Positions 20,649 to 28,877 of a stretch of 64,000 nucleotides of DNA are shown in pieces. The stretch comes from a virus. Its lineage: Duplodnaviria; Caudoviricetes. The notes under the pieces are model-generated. The model had not been told where the DNA came from and did no database searches. It saw nothing but the letters and a program-made list of their open reading frames with translations. The stretch is from the IMG/VR virus record IMGVR_UViG_3300008954_000001; one strand, written 5' to 3'. The number at the start of each line of letters is the position of its first letter. The stretch's first letter is position 1. Made by a program: the position numbers and the translations under genes.

Positions 20649-21044
20649 ATGGAATACAACGAATCAGCATTACCAATAAGTATTCTTAGTGAAGAAGATG
20701 TGGAAACCGCCGAACAGTGGGTTGGGAAAAACATAGAAGACCCCAACCTTCGAGAGATTTTCGGCAAACTAATCCTTCACGGACGGAACCATCTATTTCA
20801 CTCCCAAATCCCAATGGAGCAATCCGATTGTGGCCTCATATTTCGCCACTGGGGGAACGAAATCTATCTAACCGAGATAGAGGGTGGGATCGCTGACGAG
20901 AACCGCCTACGGCTCGCTGTGGCGGTGAGAGCGATTGCCTCCGAACAAGAAGACCCTTCCCTTTGGACATACCTAAAGGACTTCAAGGATATCCTTGAAG
21001 AGTCTCAAACCGACCTACAGGTGATCTGCGGCGGAAAACGGTAG
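20649..21044 (+). CDS. Hypothetical protein
   Basis: 131 aa, operonic. Confidence 0.55.
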   Translation: MEYNESALPISILSEEDVETAEQWVGKNIEDPNLREIFGKLILHGRNHLFHSQIPMEQSDCGLIFRHWGNEIYLTEIEGGIADENRLRLAVAVRAIASEQEDPSLWTYLKDFKDILEESQTDLQVICGGKR

Positions 21045-21084
21045 TCTCCCTATCCTCACCTCAGGTGAGACAGGAGTTTCCGAT

Positions 21085-21387
21085 ATGGCTCGCAGAGCAT
21101 CTACCCACGCTGTACTACAACGGCACATGAAGCGACGGGCGGACAATAGTCCCGGCCAGCATAGTTGGGGTCCGTTCGCTGAAGGCGACCGTGAAGCGGA
21201 TAAAGACGGGAACTACATGAGCGTCCAAAACATGAAGGACATTCATGCGATTTCTGGTCAACTTGTAGGGCGTATCCAACCCGGCACAGAGATGGAAGAT
21301 TGGGTTGAGGATAAGATCAGCGCAGCCCGACAGATCATGTCCGACCTCGAACGCTTTTACAACAAAGGCCGTGCGAGCAAGTCTTGA
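21085..21387 (+). CDS. Hypothetical protein with KRRA leader site
   Basis: Basic leader MARRAS...HMKRRA, then an EDWVEDKISAA domain; GGAG RBS. Confidence 0.6.
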   Translation: MARRASTHAVLQRHMKRRADNSPGQHSWGPFAEGDREADKDGNYMSVQNMKDIHAISGQLVGRIQPGTEMEDWVEDKISAARQIMSDLERFYNKGRASKS

Positions 21388-21683
21388 CCTACAAACCTCT
21401 CCCCCCATGCCTCACTATTAGGCCATCGGGAATTGAGGGCCTTGGACTATTTGCCGTAGAAGATATCCCCGTAGGGACAAACCTCGGCATCTCCCATATC
21501 GCTGATCCCCGTTACGAGGACGGACATATCCGAACACCGCTTGGTGGGTTCTATAACCATTCTGAAAACCCGAACTGTGCAACCTTGAAGCAAGACAATG
21601 AGACTGTCAGCCTCGTTACATTAAGGGACATCAAAGCTGGAGAGGAACTTACTTCTCGCTATTGGTTGTACGAGATAGGTTAG
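21384..21683 (+). CDS. SET-domain protein
   Basis: SGIEGLGLFAVEDI, GGFYNHSENPNC, RDIKAGEELTSRY. Confidence 0.9.
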   Translation: MTYKPLPPCLTIRPSGIEGLGLFAVEDIPVGTNLGISHIADPRYEDGHIRTPLGGFYNHSENPNCATLKQDNETVSLVTLRDIKAGEELTSRYWLYEIG

Positions 21684-22444
21684 AGCAGGGAAGCCCACTG
21701 ACGCTTCCACTTTTTCAAGCGGTGGTAGTGGTTAGGGAACTCATTACAACGTCCCTCAGGTTTAGGTGCTCGAATACCTGTTACCCACGCCACTCGCCAA
21801 ATGCGAGATACATGGTGTTTCGATATGCGACACTTCTTGCGAACCTTGTTCCGTTGCTTGTCGATATGGGTCAACCAAGACCTTGCGTTCACAAGAGGCT
21901 CCCGACGATTGATTCCGTAACCACCCTTTTCTACGGGGGCGGTCCACCACGGCCACAGTTGTAGAAGACCGATAGCCTTGGGCTTCCCTCGCTTCGAGAA
22001 CTTATGATCCCCTTCAGCGTTTGGGTTATACCCCGACTCGGTACAAGCGGAGGCTAACAACATGCCTCGCATATCTTTAGGGATGTTGAACTCACGCTCC
22101 ATAAGGATGAGCTTGGTCAACAGAACGGGGTCTCGGTACTTCTTTTTGGCCCGCTTACAAGTGAGGGCCACTTCGAGAATCCGTTGCTCTAACTCCGTCA
22201 AAACCGGAGGAGACAAGGGAACTTCTTCTTTAGTCTGATGCTGTGCGGGGATAAAGATATGGGCGGGCTGAAATTCAAGGTTGGTATCAACAAGAGGTTC
22301 AGGAGCCTCTTTTTCTACCGTAGCCACTTTTGGCGGGGGACCATTCGCTTGTTCATGACACCCCATAAATAAGATGAGTGGTATTAGATGAACTTGTCTT
22401 TTCAAAATTTGATTCTCCTCATACAAAAAAGGACCGTTCCCCAT
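21680..22444 (-). CDS. Lytic transglycosylase (SLT-like), possible lipoprotein
   Basis: LLASACTESGYNPNA (catalytic Glu), AIGLLQL; LILFMGC lipobox-like. Confidence 0.7.
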   Translation of the reverse strand: MGNGPFLYEENQILKRQVHLIPLILFMGCHEQANGPPPKVATVEKEAPEPLVDTNLEFQPAHIFIPAQHQTKEEVPLSPPVLTELEQRILEVALTCKRAKKKYRDPVLLTKLILMEREFNIPKDMRGMLLASACTESGYNPNAEGDHKFSKRGKPKAIGLLQLWPWWTAPVEKGGYGINRREPLVNARSWLTHIDKQRNKVRKKCRISKHHVSRIWRVAWVTGIRAPKPEGRCNEFPNHYHRLKKWKRQWASLL

Positions 22445-22480
22445 GAACGGCCCCCATAAGAAAGCAGTCCTGATTAAGAG

Positions 22481-22681
22481 TTATTCAGTTTCGGTTGGAG
22501 AGGGGCACCACAGTTCCAAAGCATCTTTCAAACGAATCTGACGATACTTTTTCTCCCCTTCTTCTGATCCGAAGCTCAGGTGCATGAACGATTGTACCCA
22601 ATCATTGATGGCACGAAGCTCCCGAATGTTACCCGAAAACACAAGTTGGCCGTTTTTATTAGTTCCTCGAACAAGCGACAT
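22481..22681 (-). CDS. Hypothetical protein
   Basis: GGAGG RBS, 66 aa. Confidence 0.5.
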   Translation of the reverse strand: MSLVRGTNKNGQLVFSGNIRELRAINDWVQSFMHLSFGSEEGEKKYRQIRLKDALELWCPSPTETE

Positions 22682-22748
22682 CTTCTTTCCTCCTGTTGTT
22701 ACAGCATATTACTGCCATTTCCATTAGAAGGGACATAGAAGATGCTGT

Positions 22749-23081
22749 CTAATTTTTAGACTCGCTTTTTAGGATCTTACGAGCCTCACCCGCTTCTGGG
22801 AGGCGATCTTTGACGTAGGCTTCGAGATCGAAATCGGTAATCGAAGATTTGAACTCGTTGAAGGCCCTTTTCCAATCGGGGTCAAATTCAAGCTCAGTCT
22901 TACCTTCGTGTCCGTGAATGGCTCGAACTTCACCAATCGAATCATAGATCGTGGTTGAGGGATGTTCAGATAACCATGTGACAGCGACCTTGCCGTTATC
23001 AAACACGAAACCTTGAGCCACACGTCCCGTGCCGCTAACGCCGCTTTCGTCTTCTTTCCGTACTAAATAGAACATTCTCAC
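22749..23081 (-). CDS. Hypothetical phage protein
   Basis: LVRKEDESGVSGTGRVAQG pattern. Confidence 0.6.
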   Translation of the reverse strand: MRMFYLVRKEDESGVSGTGRVAQGFVFDNGKVAVTWLSEHPSTTIYDSIGEVRAIHGHEGKTELEFDPDWKRAFNEFKSSITDFDLEAYVKDRLPEAGEARKILKSESKN

Positions 23082-23180
23082 TGGTTCCCCCAGCCCGTTA
23101 GCCGCACCTACACAGCAACCGCTGGTTGTCTTGAGTTACAGTAGGCGTACTACCTTCACGATAGATAAACAGGATATCGC

Positions 23181-23872
23181 TTACGTTGCAGGTTTGCACC
23201 CTACGACCACAGGTTCCCATGCTGGCTTTAGAGCAGTCCCCACACCACGATAAGGTAACGCTGTTTCACAAAGTTCCGTATCTTGCTCATCCGCTTCGAT
23301 TTCTGAACTGAACATGCGGCCCTTCCGATAGTCTACTTGGCCCGTAGGGGCGTAAGATTCCCCCATACGAGCCATGCGAAGGTTCTTGGGGGCCGTACCC
23401 CCTGTCAACACCAGTGCGTTGATTGCACGGGCCACGTTGTGCGATTTTGGAAAGCCGCTTCCATAGAGCCACCCTTCAAGGCGGATATCCGTGAAGCCCG
23501 CTTCGGACATGGCGGCAGCCAGACGATGATACGTTCGAGTACCAGAGAACGCCTTGATGATCCCAGATGGGCGTAGGACTCGGTAAGACTCCTGCAACCA
23601 AAGAAGGTGCCACTCTTGCTGTCGCTGAAGAACATCTTCGGACTTCCCGTAAGAAGCGGTGCCTCCGTATCGAACTTTAGATCGACCGTATGGGTTATCT
23701 ATGTCGGAGAACTTTCCGTCCCCCGGTTGGTCAGGGACGCATTTGTCCCAATCTTTCCCCATAAACTCCAAACCTAACCGTAGGGAGGATCACAAATGAT
23801 GCTCCCTACGCTTCCCTCCTTCATTTCGGACATTCGAGCGATACAATCGCCGTGTAAAAGACGAAGGATCAT
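23181..23872 (-). CDS. N4/N6 DNA MTase catalytic half, interrupted after DPPYG (5-nt gap containing TAG)
   Basis: ATG 23872 overlaps the upstream TGA; 32 codons to DPPYG, TAG at 23776-23774, then LEFMGK...WLYGSGFPKS...GTALKPAWEP in the -1 frame. Confidence 0.8.
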
Positions 23873-24726
23873 TTAACCCCTACACAAACTGGTTCCCAAC
23901 TTGGCTTGAGGGCCGTACCCCACCCGTCCCATGTTTCGGACTCTGGTGTAGCGGGAGCAGTAACAGGGATTTCTGATGGTCCTTCAGAAGTGAAGGCCAC
24001 CCCTGGAACGGCTTTGCGGTATCCGACGATCTCACGCTCGGCTTCAGCGAAGAACTCGTCCAACTCTCCATCCATTTCAGTTTCGCTCTCGCAACCCAAC
24101 ACCCGCTTCATGGTTTCCCACTTCTCAGGTGAGGGAAGGACGTTGAACCAAGGGTCGGGCTGCTTGCCGTCCTCTGGAACAGACAAGTAGTTGCAAGCCC
24201 GAAAGCCACACTCCTTATCGATCTGAGAGCGGGTCTTGCCCGAAGCGTCGAACAACTTACGAAGTTCCTCTTTCAAAACCGTGACGGACGAATTCATACG
24301 ACCGTGCTGCTTATCGATGGCCTTGCCAATGTTCATAGACTTTGGAAACCCAGAACCGTAAGTCCACGCCTCTACCCGAATGTCCTTCAAGCCAGCGTGT
24401 TCCATAGCCTCGGCCATTCGGTGAAACGTCCTTGTCCCTCCAAAGGCTTTGACGACTCCACCGGGTTTGAGGACACGGAAAACCTGACCCCAAAACTCTT
24501 GGCTAAAGGCGATCCCAGTTCCGTCCCATTCTTTACCCATGAAGCCTTTGGATTTGCTTGGCCCACTCCGTCCATAGGGAGTTTCCAAGTCCCCCGGTTG
24601 AGGGCTTCCATTACGAGAGTTCCCAACAAGGTCGTAAGGAGGGTCACACACGAAGGCGGCGACCGAGTTGTCTTCCATTTCACTGAGGCGAATAATGCAA
24701 TCGCCATGCTTCAAGTTTAAGTTCAT
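23869..24726 (-). CDS. N4/N6 DNA MTase catalytic half (intact) with an HTH-like insert
   Basis: Start ATG 24726 (ATGA overlap); HGDC, DPPY, GFMGKEWD, WTYGSGFPKS, GTALKPSWEP; no FxGxG. Confidence 0.85.
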   Translation of the reverse strand: MNLNLKHGDCIIRLSEMEDNSVAAFVCDPPYDLVGNSRNGSPQPGDLETPYGRSGPSKSKGFMGKEWDGTGIAFSQEFWGQVFRVLKPGGVVKAFGGTRTFHRMAEAMEHAGLKDIRVEAWTYGSGFPKSMNIGKAIDKQHGRMNSSVTVLKEELRKLFDASGKTRSQIDKECGFRACNYLSVPEDGKQPDPWFNVLPSPEKWETMKRVLGCESETEMDGELDEFFAEAEREIVGYRKAVPGVAFTSEGPSEIPVTAPATPESETWDGWGTALKPSWEPVCVGVK

Positions 24727-25327
24727 AGCTTTACTCCTACGATTATGGGTTCCCAAGCTGGCTTCAAGGCTGTCCCCCAACCTTCCCAAGGCTTCGCTTC
24801 GGTGGTTGTTACAGACCATTTTCCACCGGGCTTGTTTCGATATTGTCCCGCCTTCGTGCCTTGCCACTCTTCACGGTCGAACTCATGGCGGATCATTTCG
24901 GTAGTGGGATCTTCTTGGCCGCTCATGGCACGGGCATCGGCAATCTGTTTGGGGGACGACCCTCCGAACAGGACCGTGGCTTCAATGTTCTTTCCAATGT
25001 TATAGGACTTTGGAAAGCCAGAACCGTACATCCATGCCTCTATGCGTATATGTGCATATCCAGCTTGCTCCATAGCGGCTGCGAGCCTGTGGTAAGTGCG
25101 AGTACCGCTAAAGGCTTTGATATTTCCGCCAGAACGAAGAACTCGGTGGGCCTCTTGTAGCCAGCGCACATGCCAAAGTTGTTGTGAATCTAACTTGTCC
25201 CAACCTTTACCCATAAATTCGAGGCCATTCAGCCGTAGGGAGGATCACAAATAATCCCCCCTACGCAGCCCTCCTTCATCTCGGACATGCGCTGTACGCA
25301 ATCCCCAAGCCTAATGGTTAGATTCAT
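24723..25327 (-). CDS. N4/N6 DNA MTase catalytic half, interrupted after DPPYG (8-nt gap containing TGA)
   Basis: ATG 25327 overlaps the upstream TGA; 32 codons to DPPYG, TGA at 25231-25229, then GLEFMGK...GTALKPAWEP in the -1 frame. Confidence 0.8.
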
Positions 25328-25533
25328 CCTGAATACCCGTCCTTGGCCCAACCGCCACCTTTCAATGAAAAGGAGGTCTTGGAAATGAGCTTCTTTAACT
25401 TGCCTTTGCCCTTGTCCTTCTTCTTACCTTTGCAAAGGTCTTTAGAACAGGTCTTCAAAGGGTCTTCAGACATACGCTGCATCACTTCAAAGCAATGCCC
25501 GCACCTTTCACACTCGTACTCATAGATCGCCAT
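25324..25533 (-). CDS. FmdB-family zinc-ribbon protein
   Basis: MAIYEYECERCGH...TC...LISKTSFSLKGGGW. Confidence 0.9.
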   Translation of the reverse strand: MAIYEYECERCGHCFEVMQRMSEDPLKTCSKDLCKGKKKDKGKGKLKKLISKTSFSLKGGGWAKDGYSG

Positions 25534-26690
25534 TAACTGCCCATACCGAACAGATCGGACAATCCAACTGCTTCCTCTTCTTTGGTTTCCGTTGGGGCTT
25601 CCGAGTCAATCTTTGCCATACGGCCACGCCATTCAGAGGAATCCCAATACCGAACACGGGCATCGGCAATCCGAATGTAGTCTTCCTCTTTTTCGATGCC
25701 GATAAAGTCATGTCCTGTATGAAGGGCGGCGATCCCAGTTGACCCTGACCCCATAAAAGGATCAACCACAGGGCCGTTGCCCTTAGGGACAGTGTTGAGT
25801 AGGGCTTCCATGATGGCGTAGGGCTTTACGGTCGGGTGGTCATTACCAAGCCGCTTTCCATCCTTACGAAGTTTCGCACAACCCGCTTCTCGTTCCGAAC
25901 GAGAAGCCTTGGGGACATACCAAAAGCCTTCGGCATCAGTAACGAACAAGATGCTGTCCCGAATCTCGAACCCACCATCCTCTAAACGGCAAGCACCAAC
26001 ATGACCTGTGGGCATATCGTCGGGAGCGACCAAGAGAATGTGTCCTCCCGGTTTGAGGACTCGATCCATCTCTTTCGTTTGATCTTCGGTAGGTGTCCCT
26101 TCCGCAATCAAACCGTGAATGGATTGATCCTCCACCTCGGACAAGTCGTAAGCATTTACGTCCTTCATATAAAGGACACCCCCATCCCCCGTGATGTGGG
26201 ACGGGTCAATCAAGTCCGTCAAATACGACAGCAATTCGCTTGGGATAGCGTCATTATTTTCCATGTTATCCACCTCTTTGAAATATCTTGATGCCCCACC
26301 AGTATCTTCATACCCTCGAACAGTCGTGTCCCTGACATCATTTGAGTTCCATTCCACCGAAGATCCTTCAGTAGAATAAATAGGTTCCCCGGTAGGTTGC
26401 CGTAAACCCGTCGATGAAATCCCACTTTGTTCGTCTAAGGCTCCCGAACTGGTTTCGGTAAGGACCACATTTGCGGGCCACCGTCCTTCAGGATGTTGGC
26501 CTTGGGCTTCAAGGTCGTCCTTCATTCCGAAGTTGATTGACGAAGCCTCTCGGTTGTTTGACCCAATGGACAAGGTATCGGTTGTACCGATACGCACATT
26601 GTCGATGTTCAGCCCACCACACCCATGTTTCAAGGTGTTGGCGGCGACCGTCCCTATGAGGGGCTTTCTGGCTACTGTGATTCCTTTCAA
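25533..26690 (-). CDS. N4/N6 MTase-like SAM-binding protein lacking DPPY
   Basis: Likely TTG start 26690 with GGAGGTG RBS; ARKPL, GRWPANV, HPTVKP, DPFMGSGSTG; IAEGTP sits where DPPY is expected. Confidence 0.8.
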   Translation of the reverse strand: MKGITVARKPLIGTVAANTLKHGCGGLNIDNVRIGTTDTLSIGSNNREASSINFGMKDDLEAQGQHPEGRWPANVVLTETSSGALDEQSGISSTGLRQPTGEPIYSTEGSSVEWNSNDVRDTTVRGYEDTGGASRYFKEVDNMENNDAIPSELLSYLTDLIDPSHITGDGGVLYMKDVNAYDLSEVEDQSIHGLIAEGTPTEDQTKEMDRVLKPGGHILLVAPDDMPTGHVGACRLEDGGFEIRDSILFVTDAEGFWYVPKASRSEREAGCAKLRKDGKRLGNDHPTVKPYAIMEALLNTVPKGNGPVVDPFMGSGSTGIAALHTGHDFIGIEKEEDYIRIADARVRYWDSSEWRGRMAKIDSEAPTETKEEEAVGLSDLFGMGS

Positions 26691-27280
26691 GGAGACACCT
26701 CCGCAATTTGGTTGCCCCAAGAGTGCCAACCGGGGCGGTCTCTCCGTGCGAACACTTCTAAGTAAGGGCCATCTGAAACCGTCTCCACCAATTCATAGAA
26801 CGCATCGGGTTTCCGTGAATGGGCGGTTCGGTCAGCATGGACCACAGTCGGGGGCCTTCTATCTGTGGAAGGGACCATTGCTTTCCCTTTGACCCCAAAC
26901 AAAAGAAGTTCATGCTGACCCCGCATATATTGGCCTAAACCTTTTCGTTGTTTGACCCACACGGCGTTGGTTACATAACGGAACCCAAGTTCTTCCATGA
27001 GCCACAAGCCGTCCGTTAGGTAGTTGTTTGTTGCCCATAACCACAGGTGGCAATCGTCGGCGGGTCGCCAAAGATCCCCTGATTGGATTACCGCTGGCAT
27101 GTCCTTGGTCTTTACCAAGGGATAGTGTCGATCCGCACCTCGCTTAATGGTTCCCCCTCCCACTTCGGTCCATGGAGGGTCCATCATAATTGCTCGGTAT
27201 CCCGCTTGAGGTACTTCCCCAAGCGACATGATGTGCGGGGGCTTTTGAACCCCCATGGCGAACAGATCAGACAGTTCCAT
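26687..27280 (-). CDS. MT-A70-family adenine methyltransferase
   Basis: IMMDPPW, LWLWAT, GQHELLLFG, HSRKPD, LEVFAR. Confidence 0.9.
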   Translation of the reverse strand: MELSDLFAMGVQKPPHIMSLGEVPQAGYRAIMMDPPWTEVGGGTIKRGADRHYPLVKTKDMPAVIQSGDLWRPADDCHLWLWATNNYLTDGLWLMEELGFRYVTNAVWVKQRKGLGQYMRGQHELLLFGVKGKAMVPSTDRRPPTVVHADRTAHSRKPDAFYELVETVSDGPYLEVFARRDRPGWHSWGNQIAEVSP

Positions 27281-28448
27281 CGCTGTTTCTCCGCACGATT
27301 TCTTTAGCCCTCTCAGCCATTTCAGGCATGTTCAGGCAAGGGTGGGCGCAATCAATCTTTCGTTTCGTAAGGTTGTAGTGGTTGATGAAGCCGTTGAACA
27401 CCGCAGCAACACTTTCACCGTGAAGCCCTGTTTCAGGGGTGCCATCATCTTTGGTCGGGACATCAAGAGGAATCCCCAAACCTTGATGGATAGCTGCCCA
27501 CAGTGCAGCAAGAGCTTCCAACTGTACGGGATAGAAGCCCATGAAAGGCTTCATTGAACGACCATGGCAAGTACCATCCGTAATAATAGGTCGAGGGTCT
27601 AACCCCTTGTCCGTGTAGAACTTCTGATACTTTTCGTAATAGGGATTGCAGATTTCGACACCAATCCCCGTGTGGTTCCACAATCGACCCCCGGCTTGCC
27701 ATGCGGCATGTTGAGTGTCGAGAAGTTGGTAAATAGTCCCATCGTAGTCGATGCCAAAATGGATGCTGATCCCACGCTTGGCAATCACAGCCGCCATAGA
27801 CTTAGTGGTTTTACAGACATCCCAGTGGTTCACGAAATGATTGGGCGCACGGTCTGGCTTCCCCGCATACGAGGAATAGGTTCCCGACTCACACTTCAAG
27901 CCCCCAACATCTGACCAGAGAACCACACGGTCCCAGTCAATCTCAATGAAGTTGCCGTTGTGTACGATGTGCTGCTGTCGTTTGATAATGACAGGCTCGT
28001 GGGCATCAATATCCTCTTCTCGCTCCGTCCAAATGCGACGGAAAGTTGAAGGGCCACACAAGCCGTCTGCGGTCAAATCTCGATCCGTCTGCCACTTCGC
28101 AATCGCTTCAGTGAGATCGGTATCAAAAGCCGCAAGGCCCTCCCCAAACCAATCGGGGGTCCAGCCGAGCTTTTCAGCCGAGCTTTCGTTGTAGAACTCT
28201 TTGCCTGAAGTGCCGTTGCTTTCTTGTTCTTCGGCTTCCTTTTCAGTAGCGATTTTACGCTCTTGAATAAGAACCTTAAAGGTTCCAGGGCCGCACAGCC
28301 CATCTGCGGTGAGGTTGTGGGAGGATTGCCAAGCCGTAATCGCTTCGGTCAGATGTTCATCGAACTCTTCAAACTTTCCAAACCATTCAGGTTTCCAACC
28401 TAATTTTTGGGCCGAGTTCTCGTTGTAGAATTCTTTATCGATTGCCAT
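27267..28448 (-). CDS. N-acetylmuramoyl-L-alanine amidase with two peptidoglycan-binding repeats (endolysin-like)
   Basis: Two AI..WQ....LTADGLCGP repeats; VNHWD, SIHFGID.DGTIYQ, GIGVEI, HY...KIDC. Confidence 0.85.
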   Translation of the reverse strand: MAIDKEFYNENSAQKLGWKPEWFGKFEEFDEHLTEAITAWQSSHNLTADGLCGPGTFKVLIQERKIATEKEAEEQESNGTSGKEFYNESSAEKLGWTPDWFGEGLAAFDTDLTEAIAKWQTDRDLTADGLCGPSTFRRIWTEREEDIDAHEPVIIKRQQHIVHNGNFIEIDWDRVVLWSDVGGLKCESGTYSSYAGKPDRAPNHFVNHWDVCKTTKSMAAVIAKRGISIHFGIDYDGTIYQLLDTQHAAWQAGGRLWNHTGIGVEICNPYYEKYQKFYTDKGLDPRPIITDGTCHGRSMKPFMGFYPVQLEALAALWAAIHQGLGIPLDVPTKDDGTPETGLHGESVAAVFNGFINHYNLTKRKIDCAHPCLNMPEMAERAKEIVRRNSDGTV

Positions 28449-28496
28449 ATTCTGCCTCTGAGCAAGTGGTTGTCACACTCCCACTTTACCCATGAG

Positions 28497-28528
28497 GTAT
28501 TACGGCAAGGGTCGGAATTTAGCCCCCC
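28497..28528 (-). promoter_or_regulatory. Bipartite promoter motif upstream of the amidase-MTase operon
   Basis: Minus strand reads GGGGGGCT AAATTCCGACCCTTG CCGTAATAC. Confidence 0.6.
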
Positions 28529-28877
28529 TACGCTAACAGTTTGCGGATCAAGTCCATGCGAAGGTCGAGTAGAGCGTCCTCGTAAAGCCATACCCACACT
28601 GTTTCACGGTGGTCGTGATCCATTTCATCCCACCAATGAAGCAACGCTTCTACACACTCGTCCAATGTCCACGACCTCCGCCGCAGATGCTTACAGATCA
28701 AACACATGCTATCGCCCCCGATATCTAATAGTTCCTAAAATCAATCCAAAAACGCTTTAGATTTTACATTTGAGGGTTTCCAGTGATCTAAAGGGGGGAA
28801 AAGTACGTTCAGTTATTGAAAAAGATAACTGACGGTCGGTTAGCTTCCAATCTCTCTATCTAATTAAGGGAGGTTAT

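Noticed and set aside
23774-25231. Stop-codon reassignment (TAG or TGA read as sense) as the explanation for the interrupted MTases
   Set aside because: The two stops differ, read-through would not reach the -1 frame, and many genes here end at TAG or TGA with normal start-stop overlaps.
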